From: Planctomycetota bacterium
GTDB taxonomy: Bacteria > Planctomycetota > UBA1135 > UBA2386
Direction of reading: 5' to 3'
Assembly: GCA_046290465.1 (NCBI GenBank)
Contig: JBKAGP010000001.1
Span: 1,664,001-1,728,000 of the forward strand
Length of the DNA: 64,000 bases
The stretch's first letter is position 1, and every line of letters starts with the position of its first letter. The notes beneath the pieces were generated by a model. That model did no database searches. It saw nothing but the letters and a program-made list of their open reading frames with translations, and had not been told where the DNA came from. Both the position numbers and the translations under genes were made by a program. Below, piece by piece: positions 20,636 through 29,133 of this stretch.

Positions 20636-21493
20636 CTACGACACGTTCAACGTCTTGTGCGTCTGCGGCACGACGCGCACGTCGAACTCGTGGCGCGCGG
20701 CGGTCGCCAGGAAGCGCATCAGGTCGCGGGACGGCAGGGCGCGCTTGCACTCGCCGAACGGCGTGACCGGCTGCAGGATCAGCAGGATCTTGCTGCGCAG
20801 GCCGTGCAGTTGCTCGAGCGCGCGCTCGAAGCTGATGTCCGAGACGTTGTCGGTCAGCACGATCTTGACGTCGACGGTCGCGCCGCGGCGCAGCGCGATC
20901 TCACAGCAGCGCACGTGGCGCGCACCGTGGTCGTCGCCCGGGCCGAGCAGCAGCTTCTTGTCGACCGGCTGCGCCAGCGTCTCCTTCAGCTTGTAGTCGG
21001 CGGACAGGTGGTCGACCTGGTTGATGCAGGCTTCGAGCGCCTCGGGGTCGTGCGCGGCGGTCTCGAGGTGCATGCGCACGCCGTGCTCGCGCACCGCCTG
21101 GCCGAACTCGCGCACGAACTGCGGGAACACCAGCGGCTCGCCGCCGGTGACGCTGACGCGGTGCGACTTGAGGCCCGGCATCGCGGTCGTCGCGACCTGC
21201 CGCACCAGCTCCGCTGCGCGCGACGCGCGCACCGGGTTCTGCTCCTGCTGCGTGCGCACGCCGTAGTGCACCGGCACCAGCTGCGGCGCGTCGTAGCTGT
21301 TCGGCGTGTCGCAGTAGCGGCAGCGGAACGGGCAGGTCGCGACCCGCAGGAAGGCCATCGGCATGCCGACGAACCGGCCCTCGCCCTGGACCGAGTGGAA
21401 GATCTCGATCAGCGGCGCGCGCGACTCCTTCGCCTCCTTCTGCGCCGCCTGCTTCTTCTGCTGCAGGTCGCGGAACGCGCCCTTGATGTCCAT
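20636..21493 (-). CDS. queE: 7-carboxy-7-deazaguanine synthase QueE (radical SAM)
   Basis: EIFHSVQGEG, FLRVATCPFRCRYCDT (CxxxCxxC), SVTGGEPL, LET, LQP, PQTHK. Confidence 0.88.
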   Translation of the reverse strand: MDIKGAFRDLQQKKQAAQKEAKESRAPLIEIFHSVQGEGRFVGMPMAFLRVATCPFRCRYCDTPNSYDAPQLVPVHYGVRTQQEQNPVRASRAAELVRQVATTAMPGLKSHRVSVTGGEPLVFPQFVREFGQAVREHGVRMHLETAAHDPEALEACINQVDHLSADYKLKETLAQPVDKKLLLGPGDDHGARHVRCCEIALRRGATVDVKIVLTDNVSDISFERALEQLHGLRSKILLILQPVTPFGECKRALPSRDLMRFLATAARHEFDVRVVPQTHKTLNVS

Positions 21494-21497
21494 CGGA

Positions 21498-22658
21498 CTA
21501 GGCCGTGAACCGCTCGGCGAGTTCGTTGAGCACGTCGATGCCCTGCGCCAGCTGCTCGTCCGACGCCGCGAACGAGACGCGGAAGTGCGTGTCGCGCGCC
21601 GAGAACGCCTTGCCGGGCACGATCAGCACGTTCTTCTCGATCGCGGCCTCGACGAACACGTCGCTCGCGACGTGCACGCCGTCCTTGCCCTTGGGCAGCT
21701 GCGGGAACGCGTAGAACGCGCCCTCGGGCTTCGACAGGCAAAAGGCCGGGTGCAGGCGCTCGACCAGCAGGTCGCGCTTGCCACGGTATTCGTCCTGGTA
21801 CGGCTTCAGGTCGATCTCCGGCATCGCGGCGACCAGCGCGTGCTGGAACGGCGCCGGCGCGCAGACGAACGAGAACTGCTGCAGCGTCTTGAGCGCGTCG
21901 AGCATCGCGCTCGGGCCGGTTGCGTAGCCCATGCGCCAGCCGGGCACGCCGTAGCTCTTGCTGAAGCCGCCGAGCTGGATGCAGCGATCGGTGAACTGCA
22001 GCGGCGAGCAGTAGTCGTCGGCGTAGCAGAACAGGTCGTAGATCTCGTCACTGACGACCCAGGCGCCGCACGACTCGGCGATGCGGCAGACGCCCTCGAT
22101 CTCGTCGCGCGTCAGCAGGCCGCCGGTCGGGTTGCTCGGCGAGTTGACGAACACGATCTTGGTCCGCTCGCTGACCAGGCTCGCGACCTGCTCCAGGTCG
22201 AGGCCGAAGCGCTCGCCGTCCTGCTTGGGGTAGGTGTCGTAGAACTTCACCGTCGCGCCGCAGATCGTCGCGAGGTGCTTGTACATGACGAAGTACGGGT
22301 CCGGCAGCAGGATCTCGTCGCCGGGATCGAGCAGGCTCAGGAACGACAGCATCAGCCCGCCGCTGACCCCGCTGGTCAACAGGCAGGTCTCCGGCCGCTT
22401 GCCGAGCCGCTGCTCGACGTCGTCGAGCACGATCCGGTTGAGTTCCGGCAGGCCCTGGGTGACCGTGTAGCGGTTGTGCCCCTCGCGCATCGCGCGGCAC
22501 GCCGCTTCGACCAGTTGCTCGGGCGGGTCATAGTGGGCTTGCCCGATCGACAGATTGATCGGGTCCTGCATCGTCGCCATCAGTTCGAAGATGCGACGGA
22601 TGCCACTCGGCTCGATGCCGCGCACGCGGCTCGACAGACCGATGTTGTCAGCAGCCAC
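21498..22658 (-). CDS. PLP-dependent aminotransferase class I/II
   Basis: INLSIGQ, YTVTQGLPEL, VNSPSNPTG, SDEIY, GFSKSYGVPGWRMG. Confidence 0.92.
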   Translation of the reverse strand: MAADNIGLSSRVRGIEPSGIRRIFELMATMQDPINLSIGQAHYDPPEQLVEAACRAMREGHNRYTVTQGLPELNRIVLDDVEQRLGKRPETCLLTSGVSGGLMLSFLSLLDPGDEILLPDPYFVMYKHLATICGATVKFYDTYPKQDGERFGLDLEQVASLVSERTKIVFVNSPSNPTGGLLTRDEIEGVCRIAESCGAWVVSDEIYDLFCYADDYCSPLQFTDRCIQLGGFSKSYGVPGWRMGYATGPSAMLDALKTLQQFSFVCAPAPFQHALVAAMPEIDLKPYQDEYRGKRDLLVERLHPAFCLSKPEGAFYAFPQLPKGKDGVHVASDVFVEAAIEKNVLIVPGKAFSARDTHFRVSFAASDEQLAQGIDVLNELAERFTA

Positions 22659-22792
22659 GGGGACCTCGCGCGTGCGGGCAGACGTGGCGGGCAGCGACGC
22701 CCGCCAAGGGGGCGGTCACGGCCCGGGAGGCCACGGCCACGGAAACGGTCACGGAAGAACGTTCAGGAACAGACGAAACGGATACCGGACGG

Positions 22793-23005
22793 CTACTTGT
22801 CGTCCTTCTCGTCCTTCTTGTCCTTCTTCTTCTTCTTCTTGGTCACGACCTTGAACTTGGTGCGGACCTTCGGGAGGCCGGTGACGCCGTCTTCCTCGCT
22901 CCAGCGACCGGCCTTCTTCAGCGCAGCGATGCGCTCGACGCGCGTCCAGACGTTGCGTTGACCGACACCGGTGCCCTTGGACCTGAGACTGCTGTGGATC
23001 GACAT
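22793..23005 (-). CDS. PVC-superphylum small basic protein
   Basis: MSIHSSL...RNVWTRVERIAALK..GRW....GLPKVR plus a Lys-rich tail matches the Chlamydiae/Verrucomicrobia/Planctomycetes signature protein. Confidence 0.88.
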   Translation of the reverse strand: MSIHSSLRSKGTGVGQRNVWTRVERIAALKKAGRWSEEDGVTGLPKVRTKFKVVTKKKKKKDKKDEKDDK

Positions 23006-23062
23006 TGGAGTGTTCTGTCTTGGGCCGCACCGTCCGTGCGGCGGAAAATGAGGGCGAGCAGT

Positions 23063-23683
23063 CTACCGGATCTTCATGACCGTTGGCCACTGCGAATCCT
23101 CGATTCGCAGCTTGCAGAACAACTCGTCCGGCACGTCGTTCGGCATGTTGAGCAGCCGATCGCGCGAGGCCTTCTCTTCGGCCTCACCGGAGAAGTAGAC
23201 CGCAGTGACCCAGATCACGCCGTTGCCACGGGGCCATGGATACGGGCGCGCCTTCGGCAGGCCGTGCTGGACCAGGTAGGCGGCGAGATCCGAGGCCTTC
23301 TGGCGCGCCCCCGCCTCGTCGAGACTTTCGGTCAACGGGTAGGCCGTCACGATGAACGCCCGGTCCTCGAGCGCGGTCGTGTCGACCTCCTTGACGAAGT
23401 TGGGCTTCTGGCCGATCCGCGCGTTGAGCGGGTTGTTGTCGTCGCTGCCGCCACCGAGGCGGTCGCCGACCAGGAACCCGCCGCCGAACGCGACCATCAG
23501 GCCGATCGCGAACACCAGCATCGGGACCGTCTGGCCCTTGTCCTTGCGGCGGCTCCTGCCGAACCGACCGAGCAGGCCGTCGATCGCGCCGAAGAACGAC
23601 GAACCGAAGCCACCGCGGGAACCGCGAGAACGAGACTTGCCGCGCGAACCGAGCAGCATCGCGATGTCGCTTGTCTTGCGCAC
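23063..23683 (-). CDS. Hypothetical single-TM membrane protein
   Basis: GTG at 23683; basic N-terminus, TM LVFAIGLMVAFGGGFLVG, small alpha/beta extracytoplasmic domain (possibly SPOR-like). Confidence 0.55.
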   Translation of the reverse strand: MRKTSDIAMLLGSRGKSRSRGSRGGFGSSFFGAIDGLLGRFGRSRRKDKGQTVPMLVFAIGLMVAFGGGFLVGDRLGGGSDDNNPLNARIGQKPNFVKEVDTTALEDRAFIVTAYPLTESLDEAGARQKASDLAAYLVQHGLPKARPYPWPRGNGVIWVTAVYFSGEAEEKASRDRLLNMPNDVPDELFCKLRIEDSQWPTVMKIR

Positions 23684-23835
23684 CGAATCACCCCCAACGC
23701 CCCGCGAGGGGCGCGAACCAGCAGACTGTAAGGACCCACCGGGGAAGGTGGGCTGACCGAACCGAGGTGACCAGACCCCGGCGCGCCGCACAGTATCGCG
23801 GCCAACGCATCGGCGCAAACAGCGCGCGTCGAGAA

Positions 23836-26637
23836 TCAGCCTTCGGCGATCTCGAGCAGCAGCTTCATCACGCGCGGGTCGGCGTCCTTGCCCGGCTCGA
23901 GCAGGTAGGTGCGCGCCGCCTTCCTGGCATCGTCGGGCTCACCCTGCTTCTGCAGCACCTTGGCCAGCAGGTAGACCTGACGGCCGGCATCCTGCTGGTG
24001 GCGGTGCTGCCACGCGATCGCCTGCACGCACAGCTCCTCGAGTTCGTCGAGGTCGGGATCGGGCTGGCGATACAGCGCCGTCGCGAGCAGCCACGAAGCC
24101 CAGTGCTGGTCCGGATCCAGGCGCAGGCAGCGCCGGAACGCCACGATCGCCTCGTCGACCTTGCCGTCCTTCAGGCTCTTGACGCCGAGGCTCTCCGAGT
24201 GCCCCCACAGCTTGCCGAGTTGCTCTTGGATGCCGGCGTCGTCGAACTCGTCGGGCGCGACCTCGAGGCAACGCCCCCACGCCTCGGCGGCGGCGTCGAG
24301 ATCCTTGCGCAGCAGGCTGTCGTAGCCGAGCGCCGCCAGGCTCGCCGCCAGCTGGCGCCGCGCGTCCTCGTAGTCGGGCAGCAGCTCGACCGCCTTCTCG
24401 AGGTAGCGCACGGCGATCGCGTAGCTGCGCTGCTCCTGCGCGAGCTTGCCCATCACCAGGTAGGCCTTGCTCTCGTCCGCGTTGTAGCGCAGCGCGTCCT
24501 CGACCAGCCGCTTGACCTCGGCGCGCTTGTCCGGGTCGTGCAGCAACTCGTAGGCGCGCCCGATCAGCAGGTTCGACAGGATCTTGCCGGAGTCGCGATC
24601 GTCGGGCTGCAGCTGCATGTAGGCGGTCAGGTACTGCTCGGCCTCGCGCAGCCGGTTGAGCCCGACCAGCGCCAGCGCGACCTCCTGCAACAACCGCGGA
24701 TCGCTGCGCTGTTCGAAGCCCTTGCGCGCGAACTCGAGCGCGCCGTCGTAGAGCCGCTTCTCGCGCATCAGCCGCGACGCGCCGAGCCACGCGGTCGCGT
24801 CCTGCGGTCGCAGCTCGGTCGCCTTGCGGAAGCAGCGCAGCGCCGACGTCACGCGGTCGCGCGCCTGGTCCCACAGCGCCTGCGCCAGCCACAGACCGGC
24901 GTGGTCGGGATGCCGTTCGCGCGCCGCGGCGAGCCGCGCATCGACCGCCGCCGCGCGCGCGTCGTCGTCGTCGAGCCGCGGCGCCTGGCCGTCCCGGGCC
25001 TTCTTCAGCAGCTCCGGCTGCAGCGCCTTCAGCTCGCGCGTCGCCGCGAACGCGATCACCTGCGGATGCTCCGGCGCCTGGTCCTTGGCGGCCACCAGCA
25101 CCGCCTCGGCCTGCTGGTCACGGCCGTGCAGCTGCAGCGGCTCGAACGCGTCGAGCTGCGCCTGCAGCAGCTGGTCGCTCGCCAGCCGTCGACGCTGCTC
25201 GGTGGTCTCGAGCGCCAGCTGGGCGCGCGCGGCGCGGATCGCGCCCTCGGCGTGGTTGGCGGCCCCCTCGTAGTCGGCGACCGCCATCGCCAGCTGCCGC
25301 AACAGCACGCGGGCGCGCAGCTCGTGCACCGGGTAGCGCGCGGCCTTGACCGCGGCGTCGAGGTGCGGCGTCAACCGATCGATCGACACGTTCGGGGTGC
25401 GCATGCGGTCGTAGACCAGGTTGAGGTGCGCGACGGCGTTGTGCTCGTCGGCCTCGAGGCTGGTCCGCCACAGCGTCGCGTCGTCCTGGAAGTCGTGGGC
25501 GCGGCCGGCACCGAGCCACAGCAGCGGCAGCGCGAGCGCCGCCGCGAGCCACGGGCCGCGGGCGTGGACCAGCGCGGTCGCGGCCGTCAACGCCAGCGCC
25601 AGGCCGGGGACCGCGAGGTAGAGGTAGCGATCCGCCGCGGCGATCGCCGACGCCGGATACGCGGTGTTGAACGGCAGCAGCGCCAGCACGAACGCGCACA
25701 GGCCGGCGCCGATCGCGCGGGTGCGCCGCGGGATCGCGAGGCCGATGCCGAGCGCGACGAACGCCAGCAGCGCGACCGTTCCGGGCAGCCACTGCGCGCG
25801 GAACGCCTCGAGCGTGTCGACCTCGGGGTAGAGCACGTTGAGCCGCGTCGGCCACACCGCCGTCGTCAGGTAGTGCCAGAACGCACCGGGCACCTGCGCG
25901 AGCCGCGAGCCCGACTCGGACGCGGCCATCGTGCCCTGCGCGGCGGCGACCTGCTGGTGCATCAGCGCCAGCAGCGCGGCGGCGCCGAACGACAGCAGCG
26001 GTGCGGCGAACCGCCGGCGATCGCCCCCCACCCACAGCGCCACGCCGACGCCGAGTAGCGGCAGCACCACGGCGGTGGCGTTCGACAGCATCGCGAGCAC
26101 CGTCAGCACGACCACGCCGGCCAGGCGCTGCGGCGACGGTGCCCTGGCGAAGCGCGCGGTCTGCAGCAGCGCCCAGAACACGAACAGGCCCGACAGCACG
26201 TACTTCCTGCTGCTGACCCACGCGACCGATTCGCACAGCGCCGGGTGCACCACGAAGATCGCGGCGGTGACGTGCGCGGCGAGGCGCGGCACGCCGAGCG
26301 TCGTCAGCAGCCGCACCAGCACCACCGCGGCGATCGCGTGCAGCAGCAGCGCGTGCAGGTGCGGCAGGAACGGCGCGTCGCCGGCGACCGCGAAGTCGAG
26401 CCACATCGACGTGTGCGCGACCGGCAGGTAGGCGTTGGCGATCGGTTCGGTCCAGATCGCGCCGAGGCCGGCGACGAACTCGGGGTTGTCGGGACCGAAG
26501 AAGAAGTTGTCGTCGAACTGCAGCAACTCGGCGCCGAGCGCCGCGGGCAGGTAGACGATCAGCGCCAGCAGCACCATGCAGAGCCAGGTCGGCCACTGCG
26601 GTGCGGGCGCCGTGATGGGGTCTGGGCTCGCGTTCAT
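23836..26637 (-). CDS. TMTC-like GT-C membrane protein (putative protein O-mannosyltransferase) with long TPR tail
   Basis: Luminal DD (QFDDN), Y.P motif (AYLPV), LLLHA, HPALCESVAWVSSRK, ADRYLY, 'DDATLW', then many TPRs. Confidence 0.8.
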   Translation of the reverse strand: MNASPDPITAPAPQWPTWLCMVLLALIVYLPAALGAELLQFDDNFFFGPDNPEFVAGLGAIWTEPIANAYLPVAHTSMWLDFAVAGDAPFLPHLHALLLHAIAAVVLVRLLTTLGVPRLAAHVTAAIFVVHPALCESVAWVSSRKYVLSGLFVFWALLQTARFARAPSPQRLAGVVVLTVLAMLSNATAVVLPLLGVGVALWVGGDRRRFAAPLLSFGAAALLALMHQQVAAAQGTMAASESGSRLAQVPGAFWHYLTTAVWPTRLNVLYPEVDTLEAFRAQWLPGTVALLAFVALGIGLAIPRRTRAIGAGLCAFVLALLPFNTAYPASAIAAADRYLYLAVPGLALALTAATALVHARGPWLAAALALPLLWLGAGRAHDFQDDATLWRTSLEADEHNAVAHLNLVYDRMRTPNVSIDRLTPHLDAAVKAARYPVHELRARVLLRQLAMAVADYEGAANHAEGAIRAARAQLALETTEQRRRLASDQLLQAQLDAFEPLQLHGRDQQAEAVLVAAKDQAPEHPQVIAFAATRELKALQPELLKKARDGQAPRLDDDDARAAAVDARLAAARERHPDHAGLWLAQALWDQARDRVTSALRCFRKATELRPQDATAWLGASRLMREKRLYDGALEFARKGFEQRSDPRLLQEVALALVGLNRLREAEQYLTAYMQLQPDDRDSGKILSNLLIGRAYELLHDPDKRAEVKRLVEDALRYNADESKAYLVMGKLAQEQRSYAIAVRYLEKAVELLPDYEDARRQLAASLAALGYDSLLRKDLDAAAEAWGRCLEVAPDEFDDAGIQEQLGKLWGHSESLGVKSLKDGKVDEAIVAFRRCLRLDPDQHWASWLLATALYRQPDPDLDELEELCVQAIAWQHRHQQDAGRQVYLLAKVLQKQGEPDDARKAARTYLLEPGKDADPRVMKLLLEIAEG

Positions 26638-26715
26638 CGGAGAGGGGGCGCACACGTTACCAGTCGGGGCGCAGCCGCGCTTGCCTTCGGCGCCGGGCAT
26701 GGCAAGCTCGCACGC

Positions 26716-27867
26716 GTGTTCCCCGCCCCCTCCGCCCGGCACCTCGCTTCGCAGCAGCCGCAGCTCGCCCGTTCGCTGCGGGAGCGCGGCCGCGAGGTCT
26801 GGCCGCTGCTGCGCCGCGACGCCGACCTCGGCCAGGTGGTCACCGTGCACCGCGAACGGCCCGATCGCCTTGCCGAGACGGCGCTCTGGCGCGCCGGCGA
26901 GCCGGTGTTCCTGCCGGGCGTGCTCGGCGACGTCGAGCACCGCGAACGCGACGCGATCGCCGCCTGCCTGCAGATGTTCGACCGGCTGCGCGCCGAACGC
27001 AGCGAGTTCCTCGACGAGCTCGAGGTGCGCCTGCACGACGACGACTGGCTGCGCTATGCGGGCAGCACCGTCGACCAGGACGACCCGCGCGAGGTCGAAC
27101 GGTGCTTCGTCGACGTCGAGATCGACGGCCAGGTGGTCGCCCAGGATCTGTGGGCCAAGCTCGCCTGGATCACCGAGGATCCGAGCGACAGCTCGCTGCG
27201 GGTGCGCTTCTCCAACGGCCTCGACCAGCTCGAGGAGTGGATGACGACCAGCGACCATACCGCCAGCCAGGTCGACCGGTTCGCGCTGCACGCGTTCCCC
27301 GAGTGCCGCGCGGTGCTGTCCTGCGCCCCGCTGCGCGAACGGCTGGACCGGCTGGTCGCGCAGCCGCACCGGCTGTCCGAGCGCATCGTCTACAACAACG
27401 CCCCCAACGGCGGCGCGGTGTTCCACCACGACGCCGAGCCGGGCCAGCTCGGGGTGGTGTTCTCGCAGCTCGAGGGCCGCACCGCGTGGTTCTCGCTGAG
27501 CAAGCGGCGGCTGGCGCGCCTGCTGGTGCAGGTCGGCTTCTGCCGCCGACGCGACGCGATGCAGGTGCTCGACGAGGCCTGCGACCCGGACCTGCTCGAG
27601 CTGATCAACCGCGACGAGGGCTTCGCCCGGCTGCTGGCGGCACACGGCGCGCTGTTCGTGCTGCGCGCCGGCGACGCGATCCTGCTGCCGTCGCACGGCG
27701 TCGACGACGTCGCCTGGCACAGCGTGCTGGCGATCGGCGACCGGCCGAGCCTGGCGCACTCGTACGGGCTGTTTCCGCGGGCCGACGACTACGACGTCGT
27801 CGGCGATCCCTGGCTCGGCGAGCGCGCCGCCGCTACGAAGGGCGTCCCAAGTACAATGTCACGATGA
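26716..27867 (+). CDS. Hypothetical protein with C-terminal JmjC/cupin-like Fe(II)/2OG oxygenase motifs
   Basis: FHHDAE (HxD), QLEGRTAW, LRAGDAILLP...WHSV (distal His). Start uncertain (GTG 26716). Confidence 0.65.
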   Translation: MFPAPSARHLASQQPQLARSLRERGREVWPLLRRDADLGQVVTVHRERPDRLAETALWRAGEPVFLPGVLGDVEHRERDAIAACLQMFDRLRAERSEFLDELEVRLHDDDWLRYAGSTVDQDDPREVERCFVDVEIDGQVVAQDLWAKLAWITEDPSDSSLRVRFSNGLDQLEEWMTTSDHTASQVDRFALHAFPECRAVLSCAPLRERLDRLVAQPHRLSERIVYNNAPNGGAVFHHDAEPGQLGVVFSQLEGRTAWFSLSKRRLARLLVQVGFCRRRDAMQVLDEACDPDLLELINRDEGFARLLAAHGALFVLRAGDAILLPSHGVDDVAWHSVLAIGDRPSLAHSYGLFPRADDYDVVGDPWLGERAAATKGVPSTMSR

Positions 27868-28745
27868 ACGACGGCCGCAGCAGCCTCGAACAGCACCTGC
27901 AGCTCTGGGCGGAGGCCTACGGGCCCGACCTGGCCGTGCCCAGAGGGCAGGCAGAGCCCAAGGGCCAGGTGGAGCCGCGACGGGCCGCCCCGCCCGCGGC
28001 CGAGGCTGCCGCCCCGCAGCCGGCGGCAGCAACCCCGGCGGCCGCAACCCCGGCCGCAGCAACCCCGGCCGCGCCGGCGCCGCCGCCCGGGCAGCCGTCC
28101 ACCGCCGCCCGACCTGCGCGCCCCGCCGAAGCAGCGCCGCAACCCGCTGCCGAAGAACAGGATGAAGCGGTAGCCGCGCTGCGCGCGCTGCGCTCCGAAG
28201 TGCTGCCGTGCACCAGGTGCAAGCTGCACATGGGTCGCCGCATGACGGTGTTCGGCGAAGGCAACCCGCACGCGCGGGTGATGTTCATCGGCGAGGCCCC
28301 CGGCGCCAAGGAGGACCAGTCGGGGCGCCCGTTCGTCGGCCCGGCCGGCCAGCTTCTCGACCGCATCATCGAGGGAGCCATGGGATTACGGCGACAGGAC
28401 GTGTTCATCGCCAACATCAACAAGTGCCGCCCGCCCAACAACCGCGCACCAGAGGCCGACGAGGTCGCGGCGTGCCTGCCGTTCTTGAAGCAGCAGGTCG
28501 AGATCGTCCGGCCGGAGGTGCTGGTGTGCCTGGGCCGCACCGCCGCGCAGAACCTGCTCGGCTCGACCGAGTCGACCACCGCGATGCGGCGCCGCCAGCA
28601 CGAGTACGCCGACACCCCGGTGATCGTGACCTGGCACCCGGCCTACCTGCTGCGCGAGCCGTCGCGCAAGCGGGAGACCTGGGAGGACATCAAGAAGGTC
28701 AACAAGCTGCTCGGTCTGCCAGAAGTGCCGCCCACCAAGGCGTAG
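27864..28745 (+). CDS. Uracil-DNA glycosylase family 4 with Ala/Pro-rich N-terminal linker
   Basis: [60 protein letters not shown]. Confidence 0.93.
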   Translation: MNDGRSSLEQHLQLWAEAYGPDLAVPRGQAEPKGQVEPRRAAPPAAEAAAPQPAAATPAAATPAAATPAAPAPPPGQPSTAARPARPAEAAPQPAAEEQDEAVAALRALRSEVLPCTRCKLHMGRRMTVFGEGNPHARVMFIGEAPGAKEDQSGRPFVGPAGQLLDRIIEGAMGLRRQDVFIANINKCRPPNNRAPEADEVAACLPFLKQQVEIVRPEVLVCLGRTAAQNLLGSTESTTAMRRRQHEYADTPVIVTWHPAYLLREPSRKRETWEDIKKVNKLLGLPEVPPTKA

Positions 28746-29133
28746 GCCGCCGCTGCCGGGCCGTTCGCCGGCAGGGCGAATCTCTCCGCAAACTCGGAGG
28801 GAAGGGCTTGTTGCAACCTTGACCGACCCATCGCAGGTCGATAGGGTCCGGCGTCCCTACGGCCTCTTTGCGTCCCGAGGAGGTCTGGGCTCACCCGGAG
28901 CAACGGGTCGCTTCTCTCTCCCCTCCCCGTCGTCTGTGGCATGCAGGACGGTCCGAGAACGGCGGCGCGCCAACCGAAGTGAGTGCTCTTTGCTCCGCTG
29001 GTTCCGGCCCGACGCTGCGCGCGCAGCCGAGTGCCGAACGCGTCCCGCGCCGCCCTCACGAACGCGCGGCTGCGCACCTTCGGAGCCACCAAAGCCCCCC
29101 TCTCCCCGATCGCCACTTTTGCAGGCATTCAGC

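Noticed and set aside
20636..21493. Dpd-type 7-deazaguanine DNA-modification/defence island
   Set aside because: No dpdA/tgt paralog or other dpd genes; the context is housekeeping.
28770..28815. c-di-GMP-I riboswitch upstream of secretin A
   Set aside because: Only a superficial AGGGCGAA-hairpin resemblance; the GNRA loop and the GCAAAGC junction are missing.
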